64,000 nt of DNA from Dissulfurispiraceae bacterium (GCA_035319185.1 DATHDF010000074.1:77537-141536); one strand, 5' to 3'; counted from the first letter of the stretch, positions 9,469 to 20,576 are shown. A program made the numbers and translations. The notes: generated from the sequence alone by a model not told the origin.

Positions 9469-10785
9469 CTACTTCCTTCTAACCTTCAGTTTCAGCCCTT
9501 CTACGGCCTCGACCACGATAGTGGAATCCCTGGTAATACGCTCTTCAGAAGACGCGGACCAAATCTCTCCATGTACCTGGACCATGCCTCCGCCAGGCCC
9601 GACTTCAGACTTCGACAACCCTTCCATCCCCACAAGCGCTTCTCCGCCGGTAGCATGCTTTCTCTTGTGAGCTTTATAGGCCAGACCAAAGGTAAAGACA
9701 AAAAATAGCGCTGTAATTATAGAGGCGGGCAGGATAATCGCGAGCGATACCCTGAGAAAAGGCAAAGGGGAATCGAACAGCATCAACGAGCCGAGCGTGA
9801 TTGAAACTACGCCTCCTACAGTAAGCAGTCCGTAAGAAGCGATCTTGACCTCGAGGAGAAATAGGATAATGCCGATGATGATCAGGAGCAGGCCGGCGTA
9901 GTTCACCGGAAGCGTCTGAAAGGCGTAAAACGCGAGCACAAGAGATATCGACCCGATAATGCCCGGTGCGAGCGATCCCGGATTGGTAAGTTCGAAGAAA
10001 AGCCCGTAAAAACCAAGCAGCATAAGGATGTACGCAAAGCTTGGATCGGTGATCAGGTTAAGGATCCTGAGCCTGAGGCCCATCTGCTCTTTCACTAATT
10101 TGACACCGGCAGTCTTCAGCTTCACATCAGCTCCGGCGATCTTTACATTTCTGCCGTCAATCTCTTTCAGAAGCGCATCGGCGTCATTTGCGACCAGGTC
10201 TATCACGTGCATCTTCAGGGCCTCCACTTCGGTAATCGATACGCTTTTCCTGACCGCGTTTTCGGCCCACTCCACATTTCGACCTCGCTGCTCGGCTATC
10301 GATTTTATATAGGCCGTTGCGTCATTGGTCGCCTTTTCAGACATAACCTTGTCCATTTTTTCGCCTACCGATACCGGATGAGCGGCGCCAATATTCGTCC
10401 CCGGCGCCATTGCCGCCACATGCGCCGACAGCGTTATAAAAACGCCGGCAGATGCCGCACGTGCGCCCGAAGGCGCAACATACACAATAATCGGAACATG
10501 GCTCGACATGATATCTTTTACTATAGTGCGCATGGACGTATCGAGCCCGCCGGGGGTGTCGAGTTCTATCAACAGCGCGCCTGCTTTTTCGGAGGAAGCC
10601 CTTTCGACCGACCTGTGGATGAATTCTGCGGCAACAGGATTGATGACGCCGCTGACGGTAATTGCGTATATATCTCCGTTATGCAGTTGCGGCCCCTCTG
10701 CATTGCATCCTGCAGCTGCAATCATGCCGACAAGAACGGCTGTTACGAGCAATCGCAGGGCTTCATTTCTGTATTCAAGTCGCAT
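9469..10785 (-). CDS. NfeD-family membrane-bound ClpP-class serine protease
   Basis: N-terminal ClpP-like domain (LDTPGGL, SGARAASAGVFI), a multi-TM middle region and a C-terminal OB-fold NfeD tail (VQVHGEIWSA). Confidence 0.8.
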   Translation of the reverse strand: MRLEYRNEALRLLVTAVLVGMIAAAGCNAEGPQLHNGDIYAITVSGVINPVAAEFIHRSVERASSEKAGALLIELDTPGGLDTSMRTIVKDIMSSHVPIIVYVAPSGARAASAGVFITLSAHVAAMAPGTNIGAAHPVSVGEKMDKVMSEKATNDATAYIKSIAEQRGRNVEWAENAVRKSVSITEVEALKMHVIDLVANDADALLKEIDGRNVKIAGADVKLKTAGVKLVKEQMGLRLRILNLITDPSFAYILMLLGFYGLFFELTNPGSLAPGIIGSISLVLAFYAFQTLPVNYAGLLLIIIGIILFLLEVKIASYGLLTVGGVVSITLGSLMLFDSPLPFLRVSLAIILPASIITALFFVFTFGLAYKAHKRKHATGGEALVGMEGLSKSEVGPGGGMVQVHGEIWSASSEERITRDSTIVVEAVEGLKLKVRRK

Positions 10786-10881
10786 GAATCATTATACCAC
10801 CAAACGTCCATCCGCAAGGGTCGCCAGACCTTGAACGCCTTAAGGATTCACTAGGCCGTACGATTCGGATAAAATAAATAA

Positions 10882-11967
<1,086 letters not shown>

Positions 11968-11971
11968 TGAG

Positions 11972-12060
11972 CAGGAATTCAGAGGAGAGCATCAGGAATT
12001 CAGAAGACCTGGAAGGTCGGCTTCCAGGTCTTCCCACCTGTCGTCCGGCTTCTGAATTCC
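11972..12060 (+). repeat. Structured intergenic element: 13-bp perfect hairpin nested in three copies of a GGAATTCAGA motif
   Basis: CAGGAATTCAGA occurs at 11972 and 11993 (direct) and as CTTCTGAATTCC at 12049 (inverted). GAAGACCTGGAAG (12003-12015) pairs with CTTCCAGGTCTTC (12021-12033). No U-tract follows. Confidence 0.6.
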
Positions 12061-12076
12061 GGGCTGCCGAAAATAG

Positions 12077-12706
12077 ATGAAATTTGCCGGAGAAGGATAT
12101 CCGTTTATCGGTTTTTTTGCCATTGTGACAGCGGTTGTATTGCTTGCATGGCCTGCGTGGATGGCGTTGCTGCCGCTGGCGCTGACACTTTTTATGGCTT
12201 ACTTCTTCAGAGACCCTGACAGGTCTGTCCCGGAAGGGGAAGGTATCTTTGTGTCGCCCGCAGACGGGAAGGTAATAGTGCTGCAGACCGTAAAGGAAAA
12301 TCAGTTTATAAACGAAGAAATGCTGCAGGTAAGCATCTTCATGTCTCCGCTGAATGTCCATGTGAACCGCGCGCCATGCGATGGCGTGGTCGGCAACGTA
12401 GTGCATACGTCGGGGAAATTCCTCTCGGCATTCAAGCCCGAGGCGTCGTTGCAGAATGAGAATATCGCCATGACGATGAACACGAAATACGGGACGATAC
12501 TTGTCAAACAGATAGCGGGCTTTCTTGCTCGCCGCGCAGTATGCCGCGTCTCGCGCGGCGGCACGCTGCGTAAGGGCGATCGATACGGGGTCATAAAGTT
12601 CAGCTCGCGCGTGGACATCTTTCTGCCCTTATCTACGGTGCCCATGGTCAAGCTCGGCGACATGGTGGCTGCAGGAGAGACCGTCCTGGGCCGCATTCAG
12701 CAATAG
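12077..12706 (+). CDS. psd: Phosphatidylserine decarboxylase (short, Asd-like form)
   Basis: About 210-aa Psd family with two N-terminal TM helices and a KFSSRVD self-cleavage-type motif. Lies next to pssA. Confidence 0.8.
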   Translation: MKFAGEGYPFIGFFAIVTAVVLLAWPAWMALLPLALTLFMAYFFRDPDRSVPEGEGIFVSPADGKVIVLQTVKENQFINEEMLQVSIFMSPLNVHVNRAPCDGVVGNVVHTSGKFLSAFKPEASLQNENIAMTMNTKYGTILVKQIAGFLARRAVCRVSRGGTLRKGDRYGVIKFSSRVDIFLPLSTVPMVKLGDMVAAGETVLGRIQQ

Positions 12707-12716
12707 GAGGTTCGCC

Positions 12717-13535
12717 ATGGCTTTCAGAAGAAGAGACCCTGGACGCAAACCGAAAAAAGGCGTCTACCTTTTGCCGAACACGCTGACGATATGCGGCATG
12801 TTTGCCGGATTTTACGCTATTTTGTCCGCTATCAACGGGGATTTTCTTAACGCTGCCTGGGCCATCGTACTTGCTAATATCTTCGACGGCCTCGACGGCT
12901 GGATTGCGCGTCTGACGAATACCGCAACCAGATTCGGCATAGAGCTGGACTCTCTGTCAGACCTGGTTGCATTCGGCGTAGCCCCAAGTATAATGATGTA
13001 CAAGTGGGTGCTTTCCCCATTTGACAGGCTCGGATGGGCGGCAGCCTTTTTATTTGTCGCTTGTGGCGCCCTGCGCCTGGCAAGGTTCAACGTGCAGACC
13101 GGTGCTCCTGGATCAAAGGCCTTCAAAGGGATGCCTATTCCAGGCGCGGCCACAATACTCGCTTCAATTGTAATTTTTTATTACGATTTTTGGACCGGGG
13201 TGCCGGACAAGAACGTTTTTTTTCCCATTATTACCATTCTTCTCTCCCTTTTGATGGTGAGCACCCTTCGCTATCACGGGCTGAAGGAGATAGATTTCAG
13301 GGAAAGAAAACCGTTCTGGGCGCTGATAATTTTCGTACTCGTGCTGTTTGTTCTGCTTATTCATCCGTCCACTGCGATCTTCATCTTTGCAATGGCTTAT
13401 CTGATCTGGGGCCTTATCGAAAACATTTATATGCTTCTGAAAAGGAGACGTTTGAAAAAGCAGGAACTGCAGGCCGTATCCGGCGGTGCAGACACAACCC
13501 ATACCGACGGGGGAGCGAACAATGCGAATCATTAA
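12717..13535 (+). CDS. pssA: CDP-diacylglycerol--serine O-phosphatidyltransferase
   Basis: CDP-alcohol phosphatidyltransferase motif DGLDGWIARLTNTATRFGIELDSLSD; multi-TM protein. Confidence 0.85.
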   Translation: MAFRRRDPGRKPKKGVYLLPNTLTICGMFAGFYAILSAINGDFLNAAWAIVLANIFDGLDGWIARLTNTATRFGIELDSLSDLVAFGVAPSIMMYKWVLSPFDRLGWAAAFLFVACGALRLARFNVQTGAPGSKAFKGMPIPGAATILASIVIFYYDFWTGVPDKNVFFPIITILLSLLMVSTLRYHGLKEIDFRERKPFWALIIFVLVLFVLLIHPSTAIFIFAMAYLIWGLIENIYMLLKRRRLKKQELQAVSGGADTTHTDGGANNANH

Positions 13536-15027
13536 AATATTCGATACAACTTTAAGAGACGGTGAGCAGTCGCCGGGTGCTTCCATGAACGTTGAGGAAA
13601 AGCTTCGTGTCGCGCGGCAGCTGGTGAAGCTGGGCGTCGATATCATCGAAGCCGGGTTTCCTTATGCATCTCCCGGCGATTTCGATGCAGTGCAGAGGAT
13701 TGCTGCCGAGGTCCAGGGCGCGACCATAGCTGCGCTTGCACGGGCGAAGGAAGAGGACATAAGGAGCGCATACGAGTCGCTCAAGGGCGCGCCGGTGAAA
13801 AGGATTCATACCTTCCATTCCACCTCGGACATACACCTTAAGCATCAGTTCAGGGTAAGCCGCCAGGAGGCCCTTAAAAGGTCTGTGGAGATGGTAGCGC
13901 TTGCCGGAACGCTGGTCGAGGACGTTGAGTTTTCACCTATGGACGCCACAAGGTCGGATGTGGGATATCTGCTTGATGTGCTCGACGCTGTCATTGCCGC
14001 AGGCGCTTCTACCGTAAACATTCCGGATACCGTAGGGTTTACGACACCCGATGAGTTCGGCGACCTCATAAAGGTCATCAAGGAGAGGATTGGAGACAAG
14101 GCTGTGATCTCGGTACATTGCCACAACGATCTCGGCCTCGCTGTTGCCAATTCCCTGGCTGCTATAAGAAACGGCGCCGGTCAGATAGAGTGCACAATAA
14201 ACGGCATCGGAGAGAGGGCCGGCAACGCCTCTATGGAAGAAGTGGTTATGGCACTGAAGACAAGGCCGCACTATTACGAAGCAGACACCAATATAAGGAC
14301 GACTGAAATATACAAGACAAGCCGTCTTATCTCAAAAATAACCGGCATAGCGGTGCAGCCGAACAAGGCTATCGTCGGATCGAACGCCTTTGCTCACGAG
14401 TCGGGCATACATCAGGACGGGTATCTGAAAGAGCGGTCCACTTACGAGATCATGAGGCCCGAAGATGTGGGGATTCCTCAGTCCAAGCTGGTGCTCGGCA
14501 AGCATTCCGGAAGGCACGCATTCAAGATGCGTCTGCTCGATCTGGGTTATGAATTAAGCGAGGCAGACCTGAACAGCACATTTGAAAAGTTCAAGCACCT
14601 GTCTGACCAGAAGAAATATATCTTCGATGAGGACATAGAGACCCTTGTTTCGCAGGAGGTCTCGAAGGTGCCGGAAGTCTATGCCCTGATCGGGCTTACG
14701 GTTTCAAGCGGTACGGAGATCAAACCGTCTGCAACAGTAATAATGACAGCGCGCGGCAAGACCGTTGAAAGTTCGAAGACGGGCGACGGTCCGGTAGATG
14801 CAGTCTACAGGGCGATAGCTGCGATCACGGATACCAGGAGCAGTCTCCTGAAATTCGACATAAAGGGGATTACGGGCGGCACCGATGCACTCGGCGAGGT
14901 TGTGGTGACCCTGGAGGAGAGCGGCAAGTCCGTCAGGGGACAGGGAGCCGACACCGACATCATTGTGGCTGCGGCAAAGGCGTACATCAACGCCCTGAAC
15001 AAGCTGGAGATCAGAAAGCCGAAGTAA
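13522..15027 (+). CDS. leuA: 2-isopropylmalate synthase
   Basis: MRIIKIFDTTLRDGEQSPG, HCHNDLGLAVANSLAA and a C-terminal LeuA dimerisation/regulatory domain. GGGAG RBS. Overlaps the pssA end by 14 nt. Confidence 0.85.
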   Translation: MRIIKIFDTTLRDGEQSPGASMNVEEKLRVARQLVKLGVDIIEAGFPYASPGDFDAVQRIAAEVQGATIAALARAKEEDIRSAYESLKGAPVKRIHTFHSTSDIHLKHQFRVSRQEALKRSVEMVALAGTLVEDVEFSPMDATRSDVGYLLDVLDAVIAAGASTVNIPDTVGFTTPDEFGDLIKVIKERIGDKAVISVHCHNDLGLAVANSLAAIRNGAGQIECTINGIGERAGNASMEEVVMALKTRPHYYEADTNIRTTEIYKTSRLISKITGIAVQPNKAIVGSNAFAHESGIHQDGYLKERSTYEIMRPEDVGIPQSKLVLGKHSGRHAFKMRLLDLGYELSEADLNSTFEKFKHLSDQKKYIFDEDIETLVSQEVSKVPEVYALIGLTVSSGTEIKPSATVIMTARGKTVESSKTGDGPVDAVYRAIAAITDTRSSLLKFDIKGITGGTDALGEVVVTLEESGKSVRGQGADTDIIVAAAKAYINALNKLEIRKPK

Positions 15028-15040
15028 TCCATTTCCCGAA

Positions 15041-16468
15041 ATGAATATTCTGCTTACCGGGGCAACGGGGTATATAGGCAGACGCCTTCTGCTCAGACTG
15101 CGGGAGGACGCCGATGTGTCTCTGCGCGTGCTTGTAAGAAATGCAAAAAAGCTGAACCCGGCTGACGTCGGCGATGCAACGGTCATTGAAGGCGACACAT
15201 TCAAATGCGCCTCTCTCGTTCGTGCACTCAAGGGAATCGATGTTGCTTATTACCTGATAAACCTTACCGGTGCCGGCAGGGATTTCAGCAAACTGGAGCG
15301 CCAAAGCGCAGAAATCTTCAGAGATATCTGCATCGAGTTCGGAGTTAAACGCATCATCTATCTTTCAGGCGTCGGCAGCATCGAGACCGCCTCGCCGCAG
15401 CTCCGGACAAAAATCGAGGCTGGAAATATCCTCAGCAGGAAACCTGACCGGATACAGACCATCTGGATCAGATCGGGGCTGACAATCGGCTCCGGCAGTG
15501 TAACCTTCGAAATGATAGAGGGAATGCTGGAGCGCCTGCCCTTCCTTATCTTGCCGTCCTGGACGCAGGTAAAGACCAATACCGCATTTGTAACAGATGT
15601 GGTCGAGTACCTTTGTCAGGCAAAAGACCTGGCGTTGGATTGCAGTTCGGTCATCGATATAGGTGCTGTTCCCCTGACATTTCGCGAAATGATAGAGGCT
15701 ATGGGGAATCGGATGGGAGTACAAAGGCCGATGATATCCATCCCTTTCGAATTTCCGCGACTGTCGACGTACTGGCTCAGTCTATTCACGTCAATCCCAT
15801 ATAGAATAGCTTCTGTGATAGTTGCAGGCATCCGGTCCGGTTATATAATTGATCACGAGGTCGCGGCAGCATGCTTTCCTTCCATAACTCCTCAACCTTT
15901 CGACGAAGCGGTGAGACGGGCCTTTATCAAAGTCGAAACGGACCAGGTCGTAAGTCGCTGGTGCGATAGCAGTGCCGGAGAGGTTTGCGATGTCAACGAA
16001 GTAGATGAAAGCGCAAACGCCAGATACAGGGATGAGACACGCAGCTCCTTTGGCGCACTCGATCCTTCAGCAGTATTCAGGGCGGTAAAATCTATCGGCG
16101 GAAAGGCCGGGTGGTTCACATTCGGATTCCTGTGGAAGATCAGGGGGCTTGTAGACAAACTGGTCGGCGGCTATGGCACGGCCAGGGGCCGCAGGGCCGA
16201 AAGCGATCTGCGCATCGGGGACAAGCTGGACTTCTGGGAGGTCGTTGACCTTCAGGAAAACCGGAGGATGCTTCTGGAGGCCCAGATGAAAGTGCCCGGT
16301 CGGGCCTGGCTCGAATTTACTATTCATGGGACGGAACTTGTCATAACCGCATACTTTACGCCCGAAGGCCTGTTGGGGAAGATATACTGGTACAGCCTCG
16401 TCCCTTCGCATCATTTTGTCTTCAAGGATCTGATCAAAAGCATTATCAAAAAAGCCGCATCGCTCTAA
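15041..16468 (+). CDS. NAD(P)-binding SDR-like domain fused to a DUF2867 domain
   Basis: LLTGATGYIGRRL at the N-terminus. The C-terminus (GGKAGWFTFGFLWKIRGLVDKLVGGYGTARGRR...FWEV) is typical of DUF2867. Confidence 0.75.
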   Translation: MNILLTGATGYIGRRLLLRLREDADVSLRVLVRNAKKLNPADVGDATVIEGDTFKCASLVRALKGIDVAYYLINLTGAGRDFSKLERQSAEIFRDICIEFGVKRIIYLSGVGSIETASPQLRTKIEAGNILSRKPDRIQTIWIRSGLTIGSGSVTFEMIEGMLERLPFLILPSWTQVKTNTAFVTDVVEYLCQAKDLALDCSSVIDIGAVPLTFREMIEAMGNRMGVQRPMISIPFEFPRLSTYWLSLFTSIPYRIASVIVAGIRSGYIIDHEVAAACFPSITPQPFDEAVRRAFIKVETDQVVSRWCDSSAGEVCDVNEVDESANARYRDETRSSFGALDPSAVFRAVKSIGGKAGWFTFGFLWKIRGLVDKLVGGYGTARGRRAESDLRIGDKLDFWEVVDLQENRRMLLEAQMKVPGRAWLEFTIHGTELVITAYFTPEGLLGKIYWYSLVPSHHFVFKDLIKSIIKKAASL

Positions 16469-16647
16469 TCATTCTTTGCTTCCAGTGTGATTTTGATCAC
16501 GGCAGCAACCGGTCTTTCATTCTATAGTTAAACTGGATGCGGGTTTGATCTGCAGCCGTATAAAGGCAACCCATCCGAAAGGATGGAGACGCAAAGCCAC
16601 GGGCCTTGACCATGATAGGAGAGGCAGCCGGGCTGCCGGAGGTGCGC

Positions 16648-17511
16648 ATGTTTCTCAGCAGAAGACTCAACGGGCCGACACTAGTTTTGATGGCTTCTCT
16701 CTCATTCACGCTGCTACTGTTGATGACTGAAAAAGCCCTTTGTTCAGTAGCACTGACATGGACAGCACCCACAACCAATACCGACGGCAGTCCGCTGACC
16801 GATCTTGCCGGATATAAGATCTATTACGGAACGGCGCCCGGCAATTATTCCGCCTCTTTAAACGTCGGTAACACGACATCTGCGTCACTTACGCTCCCTC
16901 AATGCGGGGTAACCAACTACTTCGCAGCAACCGCATATGATATAGCCGGAATTGAAAGTACATATTCCAATGAGGTGGCTAAGAGCGATCCCTGCACCGC
17001 GCCCACATGCGTCTATACATATTCGAACTGGGGAGCCTGCCGGCCTGACGGGACTCAGACAAGAACAATACTGTCGGCGCTTCCAGGCGGCTGCACGGGA
17101 ACCCCATTGCCGCTCACACAATCATGCACTTACATACCGCCGACATGCTTGTCATTTACGTATTCGGCATGGGGCGCCTGTCAACCGAATAATACGCAGA
17201 CCAGAACTGTCTTGACCTCATCCCCCAGCGGCTGCACAGGCGGAAGTCCGGTAACTTCTCAGACTTGTACTTTTGCCCAAACCTACACCATTACGGCCAC
17301 TGCCGGTTCAGGCGGAAATATAAACCCGAGCGGTGTAGCAACGGTCAGCGGCGGCGCGACCCAGACATATAAAATTACGCCTGCAAAGTCATTTACCATC
17401 GCAGGAGTGACAGTGGACGGCGTATCGGTCGGCGCGGTAAGCAGCTACACATTCAGCAACATGATTGCCAACCATACGATATCGGCCACATTCACAAAAA
17501 AGAGACGCTAA
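16648..17511 (+). CDS. Secreted FN3-domain protein with two Cys-rich WGAC..TQTRT modules and an InlB-B-repeat-like C-terminus
   Basis: GGAGG RBS before ATG 16648 and a signal peptide. FN3-like LTWTAPTTNTDGSPLTDLAGYKIYYG, a tandem of roughly 45-aa Cys modules, then YTITATAGSGGNINPSG...HTISATF. Confidence 0.7.
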   Translation: MFLSRRLNGPTLVLMASLSFTLLLLMTEKALCSVALTWTAPTTNTDGSPLTDLAGYKIYYGTAPGNYSASLNVGNTTSASLTLPQCGVTNYFAATAYDIAGIESTYSNEVAKSDPCTAPTCVYTYSNWGACRPDGTQTRTILSALPGGCTGTPLPLTQSCTYIPPTCLSFTYSAWGACQPNNTQTRTVLTSSPSGCTGGSPVTSQTCTFAQTYTITATAGSGGNINPSGVATVSGGATQTYKITPAKSFTIAGVTVDGVSVGAVSSYTFSNMIANHTISATFTKKRR

Positions 17512-17524
17512 TATCCCGTCAACT

Positions 17525-17556
17525 AAAAAAGGGGCAGGATTCTGCCCCTTTTTTTT
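17525..17556. terminator. Bidirectional Rho-independent terminator between the FN3 gene and leuD
   Basis: AAAAAA-GGGGCAG-gatt-CTGCCCC-TTTTTTTT: a 7-bp GC stem flanked by an A-tract and a T-tract, lying between convergent genes. Confidence 0.85.
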
Positions 17557-17589
17557 GACCTATTTCTGCCGTATGCGTTGCAGGCAGGC

Positions 17590-18114
17590 CTAATACTTTG
17601 AATCAGCGAACTCGACCCATCCCCCGGCCTTCACGAGCGCCTTGTCGAATTCTGCAATGCTATATGTAAAGGCCTTAGTGCCTTTGGCTGAAGTAATCGT
17701 CAGCCTGTCTTTTTCGAAATCGATGGCGATGGATGCATCCGCAGCCCTGTGTTCAAAAAGTTCTTCAATAACGCCTTCCGACAGTTCTATAGCCAGCATC
17801 CCGCAGTTGAACATGTTTTGCCTGAAGATACGCGCAAAGCTTGAAGCAATAACTACATTGATGTCATTAACCTCAAAGACCCAGGGCGCATGTTCCCTCG
17901 ACGACCCGCAGCCGAAGTTGGCGCGCGTAACGACAACCTTCGCCTCGCGAACGATCGGCGACTGAGGATCAAACCCCTGCATCTTGAGGTCTTCCAGCAT
18001 ATGGGGCTTCAGCGCCTCTTTCGAAATCTCAGTCAAATATTTTGCCGGGATTATCTCGTCGGTATTGATATCGGACCTGTCAAGGAAAAGGACTTTGCCT
18101 CCGTAAGTTTTCAT
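17590..18114 (-). CDS. leuD: 3-isopropylmalate dehydratase small subunit
   Basis: FGCGSSREHAPW motif. Starts immediately after the leuC stop. Confidence 0.9.
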   Translation of the reverse strand: MKTYGGKVLFLDRSDINTDEIIPAKYLTEISKEALKPHMLEDLKMQGFDPQSPIVREAKVVVTRANFGCGSSREHAPWVFEVNDINVVIASSFARIFRQNMFNCGMLAIELSEGVIEELFEHRAADASIAIDFEKDRLTITSAKGTKAFTYSIAEFDKALVKAGGWVEFADSKY

Positions 18115-19410
18115 CTATATCGTCTCCTTTTTGAATTTTCTCGGGTCGGCGATCTTTCCCTCAATTGCAGTCACCGCTGCGACTGCCGGACTCAGCAAAT
18201 GCACGGTGCCGCCCTTGCCCATCCTGCCGCTGAAATTGCGGTTTGTCGTGGATGCGCAGACCTCACCAGGGGCCAGCACGCCGTTTGACATACCGAGGCA
18301 TGCGCCGCAGGTGGGGTTCGTGACGCAGAAACCGGCATCCATGAAAATCCCTATAATACCCTCGTCGTCTGCCTGTCTGAAAATCCGGGGTGTGGCAGGA
18401 GAAACCACGCCCCGCACCAGCGGAGATATCTGCCTGCCTTTCAGATATGCGGCAGCAACGCGCAGGTCCTCGATTCTTCCGTTGGTGCATGATCCAATAT
18501 AAACCTGATCAACAGGCGTGCCTTCCATTTCAGTAACGTCTTTCACCTCGTCAGGTTTGAAGCCATACGTGACCTGAGGAGCCAACTCCGAAACATCGAT
18601 GTCCAGGACCCTGGAATATCTGCATCCCTCATCCGACCACCATTTCCTGAAATCCGCAATCGCTGCTCCCTTATCTTTATAGTCGGAGGAGATGAAGGGC
18701 CACAGATATTCTAGCGTCACCTCGTCAGGCATGCAGATTCCGGATGTGCCGCCGGCTTCGATAGCCATATTGCAAAGGGTCATTCTGCTTTCCATCGACA
18801 TAACATCGACAACAGCACCCCTGAACTCGATTACGCAGTCTGTGGCACCTTTCACAGTAAGGGTCTTTATAACCTTGAGGATCACGTCCTTGGCATAAAC
18901 ACCCTCCGGCAGGTTGCCGTTGATATTCACCCTGATCGTCTCCGGCGCCCTGAAGCTGCATACCCCTTTAAGTATGCCGACCTCAAGGTCGGTCGTTCCG
19001 ACGCCGGCTGCAAACGCGCCAAAAGCCCCGTGCGTGCAGGTGTGGGAGTCGCCCATAATCACGGTATACCCAGGCCTGATATATCCCTTCTCCGGAAATA
19101 TCGCGTGGCAGACGCCGTTCCTTCCTATATCGAAGAAGTCGCGGATATTGTGTCGCCTCGCCCAGTCCCTGAGTATCTTGCCCTGCACTGCCGTCTTGGT
19201 GTCCTTGGCCGGGGTTACGTGATCGATGACAACCTTTATCTTCTCCGGATCAAAGACCCTGTCCTTGCCCCTCGCAACGAGGTCGTTTATCGCCACAGGG
19301 GTGGTTATCTCATGACAGAGGACCACGTCGACATTCAATACCTTTGTGCCTGGGAACGGCTCTTCTCTCAAATGCGCCCTGAAAACCTTTTCTGCCAATG
19401 TCATTGCCAT
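18115..19410 (-). CDS. leuC: 3-isopropylmalate dehydratase large subunit (archaeal-type LeuC/HacA-like)
   Basis: Aconitase-family motifs GDSHTCTHGAFGAFA and IGSCTNGR, plus the MGKGG..HLLSP end. Confidence 0.9.
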   Translation of the reverse strand: MAMTLAEKVFRAHLREEPFPGTKVLNVDVVLCHEITTPVAINDLVARGKDRVFDPEKIKVVIDHVTPAKDTKTAVQGKILRDWARRHNIRDFFDIGRNGVCHAIFPEKGYIRPGYTVIMGDSHTCTHGAFGAFAAGVGTTDLEVGILKGVCSFRAPETIRVNINGNLPEGVYAKDVILKVIKTLTVKGATDCVIEFRGAVVDVMSMESRMTLCNMAIEAGGTSGICMPDEVTLEYLWPFISSDYKDKGAAIADFRKWWSDEGCRYSRVLDIDVSELAPQVTYGFKPDEVKDVTEMEGTPVDQVYIGSCTNGRIEDLRVAAAYLKGRQISPLVRGVVSPATPRIFRQADDEGIIGIFMDAGFCVTNPTCGACLGMSNGVLAPGEVCASTTNRNFSGRMGKGGTVHLLSPAVAAVTAIEGKIADPRKFKKETI

Positions 19411-19528
19411 TTTTTCACCTTCTTTCTTTATTCAAAAAGATATTCCTTGATCTTTATACGATTTTAGCTTATCATAAAACTATCCATTAGTTTAATTCAT
19501 TAATTTCATAATTACGATAACATTTAGT

Positions 19529-20416
19529 ATGAATTTCTATCAGCTGACATACTTCAGGAAGGTTGCCGAGACCGGCAGCATAAGCAGGGCCGCCGAAGAG
19601 CTGTTGCTCACTCAGCCGGCAGTCAGCAAGCAGATAAAGGCGCTGGAAGACGAACTCGGCGAGAAACTTTTCGACAGGCTTGGAAAGAGGCTCTTTCTAA
19701 CTCGGTCCGGTGAGCTGCTTTACTCCCGCGCCGAAAAGATATTGCAGTCTGTGGATGAGGCGAAGAGCGCAGTAAAGGATATGTCGGCGGAATGCGCCGG
19801 AGAGCTGGTAATAGGCACAAGCGATCATATCAGCATTCACAGGCTGCCCGAAATACTTAAGGACTACATTACAACCTTTCCGAAAGTCGATCTGAAGCTG
19901 CGCTGTCACCGCTCTGAAACGGTGTTGGAAATGGTAAACAGAAATATGGTCGACCTGGGCGTAATAACGCTGCCGAAAGTACCGCCTCATATAGTGTCTA
20001 AACCGATATGGAAAGACCCGATGTCGCTGGTCTACCAGAAATGCCACCCACTGGGATCGATAAAGACACCAAGGCTTAAAGATGCTGCCAAATACGGGAT
20101 GATACTGCCTGATGCTGCTACAGAAACGCGGCAGATGATAGAGACTGCATACCGCAATAAAAAACTGGGAATCAACGTGACTATGGAAGTAGCGTACATA
20201 GAGACGATAAAGAGCCTTGTGAAGTCAGGCCTCGGCATCTCGATACTGCCCGATAAAGCTATGGAAGATGAAGCGAAAAGCGGAGCGCTGTCAAAATCGA
20301 AGCTCGCCGATACTACATTTACGAGAAATCTCGGGGCTGTCTATTTGAAAGACAAGTATCTTTCAAAACCTGCCAAAGAGTTCCTGAACCTTTTGGAGCT
20401 CAGTTCACGGCTTTAA
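19529..20416 (+). CDS. LysR-family transcriptional regulator
   Basis: N-terminal HTH (FRKVAETGSISRAAEELLLTQPAVSKQIKALE) and a C-terminal substrate-binding fold. Divergent from leuCD. Confidence 0.9.
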   Translation: MNFYQLTYFRKVAETGSISRAAEELLLTQPAVSKQIKALEDELGEKLFDRLGKRLFLTRSGELLYSRAEKILQSVDEAKSAVKDMSAECAGELVIGTSDHISIHRLPEILKDYITTFPKVDLKLRCHRSETVLEMVNRNMVDLGVITLPKVPPHIVSKPIWKDPMSLVYQKCHPLGSIKTPRLKDAAKYGMILPDAATETRQMIETAYRNKKLGINVTMEVAYIETIKSLVKSGLGISILPDKAMEDEAKSGALSKSKLADTTFTRNLGAVYLKDKYLSKPAKEFLNLLELSSRL

Positions 20417-20576
20417 AGAGACGGCATGCCTTGGACGCAGCCAGGCGAGAAGGGCTGTGGCTCGACAGTCGAGCAGAAAGCTTTCCATTCAGGCAAATTT
20501 GATTTCACATGCCGATGATGTTCCGGCTATAATATCGTGAAATCAGGCCAATTGGGGTTATTCGGAAGGAACGTGC

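Noticed and set aside
9469-10785. NfeD protease without the stomatin/SPFH partner gene that usually follows it
   Set aside because: The absence is real within this window, but the partner may be encoded elsewhere. A missing neighbour alone is weak evidence of anything new.
16497-16778. 93-aa minus-strand ORF and 61-aa plus-strand ORF in the spacer before the FN3 gene
   Set aside because: Neither has an RBS, both overlap the better-supported FN3 gene start (GGAGG + ATG 16648), and the sequences are uninformative.
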